Positions 23,030 to 35,137 of a stretch of 64,000 nucleotides of DNA are shown here, piece after piece (position 1 is the stretch's first letter; every line of letters starts with the position of its first letter). The stretch spans positions 496,001 to 560,000 of the forward strand of contig OZ361256.1 of assembly GCA_977018835.1 (NCBI GenBank). The letters are read 5' to 3'. Below the pieces are notes generated by a model. That model searched no databases and was not told the origin of the DNA. It saw only the letters and a program-made list of their open reading frames with translations. This DNA is from Minutocellus sp. GHC0000111 (lineage: Eukaryota). The position numbers and the translations under genes are program-made.

Positions 23030-23560
23030 CAGCATATTGCAACCAGCACATCAAGCCGCAGCAGCAATCAAACCGCAGCGGCACATCAAACCATCATGCT
23101 CACCACCCGCAGCATGTCAAAACGTTCAGCGTGTCGAACCGCAGCAAATCAATTCTACCCGCATGTCATCAAATGTCAAGAAATCGACCAGCACATCAAA
23201 ACGCCAAGCACAGACCAGCATGTCTAAAAACGTCCAGCATGTCAAGCCGCAGCATTAATCAAACCACAGCGGCAGCGGCAGCGGCAGCACATCAAACCTC
23301 ATCAACCGCGGCAGCATGTCAAAACCTCCAGCATGTCAAGCCGCAGCACTAATCAAACCGCCAGCAGCACATCAAACCTCATCAGCCGCGGCAGCACATC
23401 AGACCACCCGCAGCATGTCAAGACGTTCAGCACATCACACTGCAAGTGCAGCACACATCAAATCGCAGAAGCAGCGGCAGCGGCAGTTATCAAACTGCCA
23501 GCAGCAAATCAATCTATCCGCGCATCTTGTCACACATGTCATCTAAAAACGACCAGCATG
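23030..23560 (+). repeat. Degenerate minisatellite of GCAGCA(TG/CA)TCAAA-type units
   Basis: Many irregularly spaced units alternating CAGCATGTCAA and CAGCACATCAA. Related units also occur near 22157-22200 and 24540-24610. Confidence 0.75.
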
Positions 23561-23771
23561 CCAACAACAGCATTGGGCGCATTGCTTCACTGAAAGCATT
23601 CCCCACACACAAGAACATTCAGTTGTCAAAACAGACTTTCATGTTTCCCAACCATCCTCAATCACCTTAACAAACAAGAGTGTGAAAATAGTCCAAAGCA
23701 ATGGCTCTTCCCCATGAAAATTACCACCCGAAGAAAAAGCTTCGTCTTTGCAGCAAACCAAACAACAATAT

Positions 23772-24335
23772 TCATGTCACCGCGTTCGGGACGCTGCCTG
23801 ATTCGTCCATCACATATTTTAGCACTTTTTTGGTGCCAATAGAAGCATTCCATTTATGCCAAACGAGTCGAATGTGTCTCCGAATCGAATTCGCGATTGC
23901 ATTCCGCACAACGTGTTCCATCGTCAAACATGCGGAAAATGCTTCCCTCGACGTTGAGAGATCGGCAATGATCTCAGCAGCTTCGACTGCCTCTAACACC
24001 TCGACAATGCCGACTGAAAAATCCTCAGCCGATTCACTCTGCCAACTCGACGCCGTCGAAGACTGACTGGCATCACTTCTCGAGGATTCAACGCTCGAGT
24101 CGAGCATCAAGCACTGCTCACTCAATTCATCAAACACTTCATCCCATTCCACTTCATCCTCCATGTCGACTATGCCCGTGTCAGGAAAATGCCTTTCCAA
24201 CTCGTCGTTACTCAACGAAATGTGAAACTCATTCCAGTTCTCAGCAGCGTCATCGTCTCCATTAGATGGAGACATCGACAGAGCCGAAACTTGCACCCCT
24301 TCCCCTCGACACAGTGTAGAACTTACAATGCCCAT
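23772..24335 (-). pseudogene. Possible decayed ORF (acidic, unknown family) within repeat-like DNA
   Basis: 187-aa frame with protein-like composition, no recognisable motif and a single Tyr. Confidence 0.25.
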
Positions 24336-25366
24336 GATAATTGGCGTCTCTTCCGAGAGGTAATGATAGGTGAATCTGAATGCATGACGAATCTTGCATG
24401 ATTCATCACCGTCAGCGTGTCAACATTTTCAGCATGTCATTCATTTTTGACATGCTGCTACACCACTCCTCTATGTGAATCTTTAAATTTTTTAAACTAA
24501 TTGAAACTATGTTCAAGAGTGCAATCGGATCGGTGCGCCGCCGCAGCAGCAGCATGTCTTCCAACAACCAGCACGTCAAACGGCCAACCAGCACATCAAA
24601 ACGTCCAGCGCATCGCTTCCATTCCACAACCAAAGTGCTCCCCGCGTAAAGACACGCGCGAACACAGTGGCACGAAGTGCCGTAGCATTTCCCAAAGAAA
24701 ACTAGCACGAAGTGCCACAGCATTTTGAAACTACCTTCTAAAACCACTACATGTAGATCTACACATGTTAAAAACACACCTGTTGCTTAGACTTTAATAA
24801 CAACATGCTTCTGCTCACATTCAACTCATCGGGGCACCCGGGCCATCTGCTGTAGCGCAACTGTCCACACGAATCTGACTACTAGGTGCGTGCCGGAACA
24901 AAGGAAATCTAGCAAACTATCTCTACATGCGCGCAGATGGGTGCCCCCTCCCTGAGCTTGCGTTAGCCACTAGAACATCACCGCATCAGCACTAAACACG
25001 CATTGAACGCGTGCTCAGGCTTTTTATAGGCCTCTACATGGGCGCCAAAAAGATGGCGGCATAAATAAAAATATTGCAAATCCTAAGGTCATTGGTTTTT
25101 ATTTTATTTTGCTTGCAGCAGCTTTCTCCCAACAACCCGCTCCCAACGCACGCCAAAAAGCTGTTATCAAGAGGCGTCCAAGCAGAAGATTACAATTCAA
25201 TAAACGTTGACGTAGATTGTACTAGTATTTATACATGGCATGTAGAGTCTACCGGTAGTACGTAGAGTATAGACATCTAGATCTACGTGTAGATCTACAT
25301 GTGCCGGCATTGATGCTTGACGTCCACGTCCTGAGAAGGGGCGGCGTCGTCGTCGTAACGGTAGAT

Positions 25367-26796
25367 CTAGATGGCACTGCCATCTGCGGCTCCACCAGAA
25401 GAATGGTGATGCATGTGCTCCATGCTGTTATGATCTTCCACTTCAATAGGTGCAGGATTTAGAAATTCATTTGCGACACCAGGATTCAGATTCGAGGGCA
25501 TGAGCACCACTTGATTTGCTTGCGTAGAGGTGCCGGTGGTAGATCTAGTGGTCGACAGGTCCGGCGTTTGTGGCTTCTCGGCAACTACGCCTGTGACCGT
25601 TTGCTGCGATGCAGTCTCTATGGCGGTCGCTTCCTTTATGACTGGTGGTGATGATGTTAATGTGCTCGACGATCTGGTGCTTCCGCCGTCGTTCTCAATC
25701 CGATCAATGCACAGCATGTCGACGAATTCATTTTCGTCACTGTGCTTATCGCGGAGTTCCAGCATAATGCGAAGAGCTAGATCAGTCTGTTCGTCGGTAT
25801 ACAGCCTATCATCAGACTCTGCCAAGACTGCGTACTGTGCCACAACACCCCCGGCATTGATGACCTTGTTCCAAGTACAGGCAACCTCCTTCTCAGGCAG
25901 AGCAAACTCCCCACCTACCTCGACCTTATCCTTGACATAAGAGTTGATTCGTTTGGCAATCGCTGGGCCCTTTCTTTTATCCACCAACTCTTCGTGGCTA
26001 AAAAGTAAGCGCTTTTCGGGATAAATACGAGCCAAAAGGCTGCAAAGTTCTTCCATTCCTGCATCTGGCGCGCAAAGTGTTCATCTCTCCACGCCTCCCA
26101 GTCTTCTCGGGGTGCCCTTCGCTCCTCTTTCGTCGTCTTTCCAGCGGCCGTCAGCGCCTCACCATTCCAGTGCTCAAAGATGTGCTGGTGATAGTTGGGC
26201 AGCGCCGACATTGGGTTGCGAATAGCAATGATGCCATGGTGGTAGTCGTAATCATTGTCCAATTTCTTGCTGCTAACATGAGGATAATGAGTGACGACAG
26301 TAAATCATCGTGGATCGATGGGGTCGACGGAGTGTTCTTCGGCCGCCGCCAACCCAGAGAGGCATTGCGTCAGCTTGGAAATCACATTGCCTCTATCGGT
26401 CCCAGGGAAGGTGGCCAAGAAAGTGGGCGTTGTCGGCTCGAGGCTGAGATCTGGAGTGCGGAGGGTGCAGTCGCCAGCCACAGAGTCATTTTCGTCGTCC
26501 TTCGACGATGTCGCAAAGGGAAAGATGCCCCAGAGCGCTCTCGAAGCCGTGTTGATTCTCCGCAAGCCTGCTCCCTCTGGATCCGAGTGGTACAGAGCAA
26601 ACAGACCTACGAATAGTAGGTTCCTCGGTGATAGGCATTTTCGCACCCGGCTTTTCTCCTGGCGGCGCTTTTGCCTCCCCTCTGTCGAAGAAGACGTGGT
26701 GCCACCGCTGCTAATGGTGCTAGCGTCTGACAAGTAATCGCCCTCGTCGACCGCCACAGAGGGGGGCGATAGAGCATAAGCAGCGAGACTCAACAT
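25367..26796 (-). pseudogene. Type II membrane sulfotransferase-like (WSCD-related) gene with a premature stop and a frameshift
   Basis: Transmembrane segment, then FLATFPGT, VVTHYP, IRNPMSALP, RAPREDWEAWRDEHF, RLLFSHEELVD and CTWNKV. In-frame TGA at 26307-26305 and a frameshift near 26030. Confidence 0.65.
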
Positions 26797-27012
26797 AATG
26801 ACGGGCTACTGCACTTTGGGGTACTGCCAAGTAAGCCCATGCAAGTTCTCTTGATACTACAAAATTGGTTGGGGTGGTCCATACCGCCTTGGGGTGGTCG
26901 ATGACCGAAACGATGACCGAGTTTTCAGCGCTATGACCAAAAAGGAGTTGTTGTGTACGAGGCTTGCACACGTCGTGTCTCGCCGCGCGCGGTCGCCGTC
27001 GGTCCGACAACG

Positions 27013-27899
27013 ATGACAAAATGCGAGCAGAGAGTCCCAACGAGGAGTTCCTTTTCGATGGAAGGCCACACAGAATCGGTCCTGCAGACGAACGGCGGCG
27101 GGCGGCGGCGGCGTCCCTATCAGATTGAATTCGACAAATTGCTGCTTACTACTGGTGCTACTATGAGCCGCTCGTTTGCCAATGGCGATGACGCAACTGA
27201 CAAAGTTTCTCCACAGCCCGTCATGCCCGCGAGAGCTACGGAACAACCAAAATCAACAGCATCGTCACCATTAAAATCCAATTTGGAGCTGCTGTCGTCG
27301 ACGCCTTTGATATCGTCTACCTTCGCTGCCACCGCCAACAATCAAGAAGGAGGCGGTGGAGACGTCCAAACAACCTGCAGCACTACACGCAAGGCTCTCG
27401 GCGACTTTCACATTCGATCGCGACCACCATCGCCCCCACGTCGAAAAGTAGCAGACCCTCAGTCCCATCTTCTCTCAAGGAAGCCACCGACGAAGCTGCC
27501 ATCGCACGCCGTCGATCTTCGTCGTCACGATCGCCCAAAGCAGAACTGAAGCGAAACTCACCTATTTTGGGCGCTCGGCCTCATCCTCACAATCGATCGC
27601 ATCGAGAAAACTTTCTAATCTTTACCAGGATATTGTTCAAATGTCTCAGCGATCACCCCAGTGCTAAGGTTCGAGTCGAAGCGAAGCAGATTATAGTGGA
27701 CTGCACCAAGCGCAATCGTCTTGGTGAGCCTGGCTTCCATCCTCTCATCAACGCCATTGAAGTTCGATTGCGACACGTCATCGGTGACATTCATTGGCAC
27801 AGGGCCGAGCAATATTTGGGACATTACATGACCTTCCGAAGAAAGGGTGGAGCGGACGCTAATGCGCTGATGATGGGAGGGACAAAGATCCAGCTGTGA
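27013..27899 (+). CDS. Hypothetical protein with a diatom-type C-terminal helical domain; apparent frameshift before ~27480
   Basis: C-terminal RENFLIFTRILFKCL...AKQIIVDCTKRNRLG...LRHVIGDIHWHRA, a pattern I recognise from diatom hypothetical proteins. The N-terminal ORF is in a different frame. Confidence 0.55.
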
Positions 27900-28926
27900 G
27901 TTGCCATTAGATCTATAGATCTAGACAGACTGTTGACTACATGCACGCACCGGCACATGCACGTACAAGTACACGTAGAGTCTAAAATCTACATGTAAAA
28001 CGTTTATCTGGAGAGATGAGCAATAAGCACACATGTACACAAATAATTTCTTTCCAATTTCTAGACTCTCTAAGAGACGAGAGGGTTTTGATTCAAAAAA
28101 GAGATTTTCGGGCCACAAGGGCCTGATGCGGAAACCCAGATTTTGAGAGAACCGCTGGATTCTACTTAAAACTGTGCAGTCATCATGCTGTGGGAATCCT
28201 GCATGTAGATCTTGATCAAGATCTGCTGGTGCTAGGTCTACATGTAGCAGAGCAAATGTCTAATTAAGAAATTGAAAATAGAAAATGCTACAAGCACACG
28301 AGCATTCGTTGAATCGTCGCAAACGGCACGGTTTTGGACAGCTCTTGATGAGTGCATGCAGATCAAGAGAAAATTTTGAACTGCTGCGGAAAAATTCCAT
28401 GTCGTCGACGAGTTTTGTGGTGCTTCGATTTTTCAACATCGCCGGACGATTTCTAAATCTACCCGAAACACTAACTTCACCGTGTAAAAGCATTGCTAGT
28501 AGAAGCTAGCAGGTGGCGTGCTGTGAACGAACTTGAACTTGCAAAAACGCGCGCACACAACTTTCCCCAGGCCATCCTCAGATGTTCCAAAAACTCACTG
28601 GAGCTCCTCTCGACGAGCTGAATCCAGCGAGCCATCAAACGAGCACTCAAACGCCACCCAGATCTGGACACCCCATTTCTTAATCATGCGCCCATTTCTT
28701 AACAACAAATGAATGAGAGACAAACTTTTGCTTTTTAGTGCGTGTGTGTGTGTGCCACCCTCCTCAGTCTTCTTGTTGTTCTTCTTGGGCATGGGTAGTT
28801 TGTGACTCTAGGTCCCCTCACTCCTGGTCTCTACCTCCTTTCCTGATCACTTTAGTTCAGCAGCCATGCAGCTCCTCATCTCTTGTTAAAAAATCCCTGA
28901 TCCCTGAAGGTTGCTTCTCAGAAATT

Positions 28927-29316
28927 CCTGATCTCTAAAAAAATCCTTCTAAAAAAAAATGACGGACGAACAAACAAGAAGAGAACAACATCGGGGCAGG
29001 TTTTGTTTTTTTAGGGGGGGGTGAGACTTTTTTGTGCGTGAAGAAAGTGGAATTAATTTTTGTTAAGCCAAGTTGTCCCACTCAAGAATGTTCAAGTGAA
29101 GCAAGCTCAGGTCTAGCTAGGGAGAGAGTGGACTCGACGTGACGAACACAAAGAAGGGGAGGCTCACGTCTAGGGAGAGTGGACTGGTCTGTCGTAATTT
29201 CTCTCAGCTGGCCTGTCTGTCCTGATCTCAGCTGGTGGTCTGTCCTGATCTCTAAAAAAAAATCCCTCTCTAAAAATGACGGACGGACGTGACGGACGAA
29301 CAAACAAGACGAGAAC
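28927..29316 (+). repeat. Degenerate direct repeat (~60-70 bp at 28927-28986 and 29244-29316)
   Basis: CCTGATCTCTAAAAAAA...CTAAAAA(n)TGACGGACG...AACAAACAAGAnGAGAAC occurs twice. Confidence 0.7.
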
Positions 29317-29894
29317 GTGTGTGCAGCGTGAACCTTTCTCTTTTTTTAGTTGTTTGGGAAGTGGCTCGCGCATCGATCTAACTACATAGCTACCATTTGT
29401 AGAGCTCTGATGTAGTAGCTACATGTAGATCTGGCATGGGGCCGCGTGTTCGAAGATGCACACAGTCACGCACGGCAGCACGTGTGGTGCTGGCTGGCTG
29501 CTTGGTGGTGGTGGTTTCTTCAGTGGGTGTTGGCTCCTTGATTTCTTCATGACGACAAGAAGAAACTTTTGAAGCATCCACGACTTGAAAGCCTGCCGGC
29601 ATCAAACGCCATCATCGCACCGAAAACCACCGAAGCCGCACCGAGCTTCTCGGCCTCTCGAGCCGTCTCAGCGCCCGTCAATCAACGCCGCCAACCATCT
29701 GAGCATATTCATTCAAAAGATCTGCCAAAAATTATTATCCGCACCTGGGATTGTCTCACGCCGATTCTATCATTTTGATTCGTCGACACACGTTGCATAT
29801 CTCTCATCCACGCAAATATTTCCAATCCTTCTATATCATCGGCTTATCTTTTGTCGCAGACCCGCCACAGAAGAAAAACGAACTCCAATCAATC

Positions 29895-32800
29895 ATGACT
29901 GAAACATCTGAAGCTGCAGCGCTCGTGTCAAAGGAGGAGGCGGTTTCCTCCGACCCCCCAGAGCCAACGAAGGTAAAGGACACGCTGCCCAGTGGTGCCA
30001 CTGACGACAGTGCAGCTTCTGCTGGCGACGACGAGAAAAGGGCCGAGAAAGCTAAAGAACCTTCGTCGACAAGCAACACGACCGCCCACGCTCGATCGAC
30101 TACTGCGTCGGCGGCTTCCTCTGTCCCGCCCATTATTCCACAGCGATCAATCCTGCGCAAGCCATCCCGTGAGTATCAGCAGCCGGATGATTTTGCCGGC
30201 GGCATGGCCGCTCGCAAGCGTTACTACGACTACCCCCCACCGCCGCAGCACGGAGCGTATCATCCATTCGCTCATCAATATCCACGACCGCCGCCGCCTG
30301 CCATGATGGCCACGAATATGCGTCCTGGCGCCGGCAGAGGTGGTGGTGATGCGCCGTACGCCTCCCACCCACCACCCTTCCGGCCCTTTGGTTATTCCTC
30401 CTCTGGTCGTCATCCTCACGCACATCATGCTTATTCCCAGCACGCCGCAGCGGCGGCGGCAGAGCACTACCAGTACCATCAGCGGTACGCCGCGGCTGCT
30501 GCGGCTGCCCAGTACCGTGAGGGACAATCGCCTCGCATCGCCATGGGACCCGGCCGAGGACCACCACCTCCATGGCTCGGTGGCCCGGGTGGAACAGTCA
30601 GTCCTCTCCGTCCTCCGTCCGGAAGGGCTTCCTTCAAGCCCGAAACCTACGGTCGTGTTGGTAGTCGCCTTGCTCTGGCCGAGGAGGCCGACGACAACAA
30701 CGACACCAGCGCCAAAAGCACCGCCAATATCACTGCCGCCGACGGCGAGGAAGACGGCCAGGGTCCCAACGGAAAGATGAGTCAATCCAAGCGAGACAGC
30801 AAGTACGACGATGCCCTCCTTTTGGCAGAAGTGTCCAAGATTGCCGAGACCGAGGCTCATCATCGCAAGGAGGCCGAAGCGGAGGCCAACAGCAGCAGCG
30901 GGTGCAGTGCCGCATCCGCCGATGGAGATGCCGCCGGTGGCATCCAACAACAGCAAGTCGACCCGCAGGAGCAGGGAGAGATGTCACCGACTTCCAACAA
31001 GAACAAGAACGAGCATGTTGGTGCTCGTGAGACTCCGACCAGCACGAAGCCGGAAGAAGTTGATGAGGCACCCTCGCCCTCTCTTTCCACAGGTGACAAT
31101 AATGCCAAGGACGACATCGAAAGTGCTCGCCGTCGCTTCTCTGATCAAGCCAAAAGGGGTTCCTTGGCAAGTCCAGTTGTTCGTTCCGTCAAGGCTCCTG
31201 CACGTACTAGTAACGACCAAGAGGCAGAGACTGACAAGGAAGAAGGCAACCAAGGCGGCGGCAAGAAGCAGGCTCGTTCACCACCTCCGATGGAGCTCAG
31301 CCGCCCGCCGGCTTCCCAGCAAGGCCATGGCCTTCGTTACCCCCCCAACTACGAAGAGCAGTACGCAGAGTACTACTATCCCCCAGCGACGTCGTACCCT
31401 ATGCCACACATGTCGCTTCGGATGCAGGCTGGCCGTGATCATCATCGCCGTGGACATTCGGGCGAGATCTTCTACTCTCCGGGAGGTCCGTATCCTATTT
31501 CTGCTGGGGGTCGCCATCCTGTTGCTGTCTACCGCCATAGGGAGTATGAGGAGGGTGAACCTTCCGGTGGTGTTACCGGAAGTGATCGGCAGGAGCAACT
31601 CTCTCGACCGCCTCCGGAATACACGCCCCCGTCGGCCTACTTCAATCGCAATGCTCCGCGTCAGCCCAGCAAGCACGTTGAGGTAACACCCAACAGCCAC
31701 GAAGAGTCGCCTCTATCGCGTTCCAAGAGGCCTCATGCTGAGACCCAGGAGGGCGATGCCGCAGATGAGGGTGGATCAGGTGAGAGTCCCGAGCCTGGTG
31801 CTGTTAGATCCACTCAACGCCGCGCCAGATTCGACGAATCTACCGAGCGAGACAAAGAGGATCGAGATCGACGTCGCGCAGCTGCCGCAGCTGAGGCAGC
31901 TGCGAAGGGATCTGGTGCCTCCAAGACATCTGCAATACCGCCTTTTCCTTCTCCTCGCTGGGGTGCTAGTGTGTCTGCAGCTGATAAAAAGGTTTCGGGT
32001 TGCCAGACCAAGCCTTATCTCCCACCTCCGCGCCCCTCCACTGGAAGTCGCTTCCCCTACCAAGACGACGAGTCGAGGCTCGCGAGCGAGTATGTTCCTA
32101 CAGTGACACCGCGAGGAGAAGAGACTTCAAAGCCGATGCACACTTTTAGCAGCGCCCGCCCTGCACCAACTCCTCCTCCAGAGGAGCAGCAGGTCGAAGG
32201 ACCCGGCTGGAGTCCCTACCCATTGAATCATCACAGGCGTTTACCTTCTGGTGGCTTTGAATTCACCATTCGCCCTCGTGACTTTGGGACTTCTAGCGGT
32301 TTGGAACCAAGCATTGTCAGCACTTGGGGCAAGTCAGCCTCTTGGGACAACGAAGAAGGCACGACCGACCAGGGAACTCCTCCGACGCCCTCTACGCCCA
32401 GCAAGGTTCCTCGCACACCCCAGAAGGGACACCGAAAGAGCCTGCCCAGCGTGTCCATGGACTACAGTGACTCGCCTCCGGGAAATGTCGTCTTTACGCC
32501 TAGATCCTCCTTCAATCCCATGGCCGAGAGCCACCGCTTTCTACCCCCTACGCCAGGTGGCTTCTTCAACGATCCCGCTGAGTATCTCGACTACGGTGAC
32601 TACCAGTACGCCGAGTCGTCGGTACCTCCGTCTGCATATGCCTCCTCGGCTACCCTTCCCCCGCCGCGGATGATGCTGCCTCGCCGTCAACAGGCGCCGC
32701 ATCAGCAGGGTGCACCATTCCATCCGGGATCACCCCAAGGTCTTGCGCCAAGGCAGTTTGCCACGCCCAGCAACTCGGGTGGGAGCAAGTACCCGCCTTT

Positions 32801-33635
32801 GAGCGCCTTCCAGCCCGATGGAACGCCTGGAGGGTACTACGGAGGGTACGCTGGCAAGACGATAATTCGGCGAAAATGTCCCTGGAAGAATTTCCCAGAG
32901 GTACGTACTATCTAGCTCATGTGAAGAAAGACGGGTAAAGACCCCTCTATTTGTCTCGTTTCGAAAGCCTGAATGATTTTGTGGAAGATGGAAAATATTC
33001 GCTTTCCTTCTCTCCTTCTTCTCACCTTTATATTATTTCGTTCCTTCATACCCTGCTGTGCTCCATGCATTGACAATCTTCAAACTGTGCAGCTCGAGGA
33101 CTTTCTCATTGCCAATCGAGATGAATACCTGCGGCATTCGGCGATGAATTATACCAGCCAACAGAGGCAGTATAATAATCGTCTAACTGAGAGGCTTCTT
33201 GAGCTTGCAGCTCGGCATGGATACGTGTTCGATGAAGAAGATTTCGGTGAGTACCAAGGTATTTGCGTTCCAATCTTTTCTTGCGCCGCCCTGAGCAGCC
33301 CTCTAGCTACGTACATGTAGCTACTATATCCGCTTGAAGATTGGGGTGCCTTTTAATTCATTGGCATCAATGGCGTTTGTACATGTACATGTATGTATCC
33401 TACCATGACTTCGACTAACAAAAAAAGTCTTTTCCTCCTTTGTTAATGAATTCATTATTTTCCTTTCGCAGACTTTGTCACTGTGCGAGATAGGATCCGA
33501 TGCTACTACAAATCGTATGTCCAGTCCAAGAGAAAGAAGGGCATCAAAGTGGGATATGCTCCAGATAGAAAGAGGGCAAGGAAAGAGGAGGCTGAATCAG
33601 GAGAATCAGTGGTGGCGGCAGCTGCAACCTCATAG
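29895..33635 (+). CDS. Large P/S/Y-rich disordered protein with a conserved C-terminal helical domain (possible transcription regulator), 3 exons (29895-32900, 33093-33246, 33472-33635)
   Basis: Two GT-AG introns splice to IRRKCPWKNFPE|LEDFLIANRDEYLRHSAMNYT...YVFDEEDF|DFVTVRDRIRCYYKSYVQS, ending at TAG 33633-33635. Confidence 0.85.
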
Positions 33636-34059
33636 GACCAAAGCAATGGCCTTCTCTTCTTTATTATTTTGATGATCTTGTGCATGTGGTCATGTTGATT
33701 TAGACTATCTACATACATGTATTAATTCATATTAGTAATGATATCAATAGCACTACCAGTAAAGCATCATCTTACGATTGTAGATCTACTAAAATACGAA
33801 ATTAACGATCTGTCTAAGATCTACTACATGTACATGTGTATCTCTAGATCTACATGTAGCTAGATCTAGATCTACCAGTGATGTGATTCAACAGCTGATC
33901 GAGCATTGAAGAGGCGAGAGCCATTGGCCCAGTGGTTCTACAAAAAAGATTGAGGGGTGAGAGGGCGGACTTTCTAACGACAGCCCAAACGCGCGACGCT
34001 GGCAAAAAGGTTCAAGTCAGTGCGCGGCCAGCAAGGCCAAGGCCGCGCGCGCGGTCGCC

Positions 34060-34777
34060 ATGAATAAATGTGCCGAAGCTCGCGCAGGACTGACTCGACT
34101 CTATTCAAAAATGTCTTTAATAGGCTCTAAAATGGAAAAAAATAGAAAGTCACATGGGGATCCCTTACATGTACGAAACATTTATGCGCATTAGAAAGCC
34201 GAAGAATCGAGACACGCGGGAACGAGGCCTGCAAACTAACAATACTTATGTGATTTCAGAAATTGCATCCGCGGGAGCCTTCAAAAGCCTGGAAAGCAAG
34301 ATGTCACTTTGCTCTTCCTTTTTCATCGCCTGATTGATTGTGTTGATTTGAGCATGATGTAGATCTAGTTTTTTGTAGAAATTCTAAAATTTGTCATGCA
34401 TGACTACGTGTAGAGATCTACATGTTAGATCTTGAATCTACGCAGTGCGTCCACATCAGGGAGCATGCGCACTTTGTCACCCATCAGATACGTAGACGTA
34501 CTCACATCAGGTACCAATGGTACCGGTACCGGTAAGGTTGCCGGCGCGGTGGGCCTGCCTCATGAATAAAAGTGCCGGAGCTTTTCACGACTGCTCTGTT
34601 CAGAAATGTCATTCACAGGCCAATATATCAACAGAAAGTCACATAATGAAACATATTTATGCGCCTTGGAGAACCGAAGAATTGAGACACGCGGGAACGA
34701 GGCCTAAAAAGTAACAATACTTATGTAATTCAGAAACTTTTTTGCGATAGGTATCGGCCTCGAAAGCAAGATGTCAC
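34060..34777 (+). repeat. Diverged direct repeat (34060-34307 and 34562-34777)
   Basis: Shared blocks ATGAATAAA.GTGCCG, AGAAAGTCACA, GAGACACGCGGGAACGAGGCCT, TAACAATACTTATGT and GAAAGCAAGATGTCAC occur in the same order. Confidence 0.8.
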
Positions 34778-35137
34778 AAATTGACAAAAATCACCTCCTG
34801 CGAAGCTCCTCGAACAACTTTTTGGGCGGCCAAAGATGGCTCCCGGAAGAAACGGCAACGAAACGACAAGACCTTTCATGTAATTCCTGCTTTAAGCTCC
34901 CATCATTTATAATCCAGACCCATCTATTTTTCACCAGACAGGCCGGAAAAAGCGAACACTGCCATCACGACGAATATAACATCGAATCGAGCACGGCAGC
35001 AGCAAGAAAATTCCACTTTTTGTTGCTCAGGTTCTCACAATATCACTTGTTCCTCGCCACCAAATCAGGTATGTTGTTGATTTTGAGATAGTATTCCTTC
35101 CCTTCCAGGATTGTTAATTCGATCTACTGCCTAGGCA

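Noticed and set aside
23008..23670. Overlapping Q/H/S/A-rich ORFs
   Set aside because: Open frames result from a stop-poor minisatellite. All three frames are open and none has a recognisable domain.
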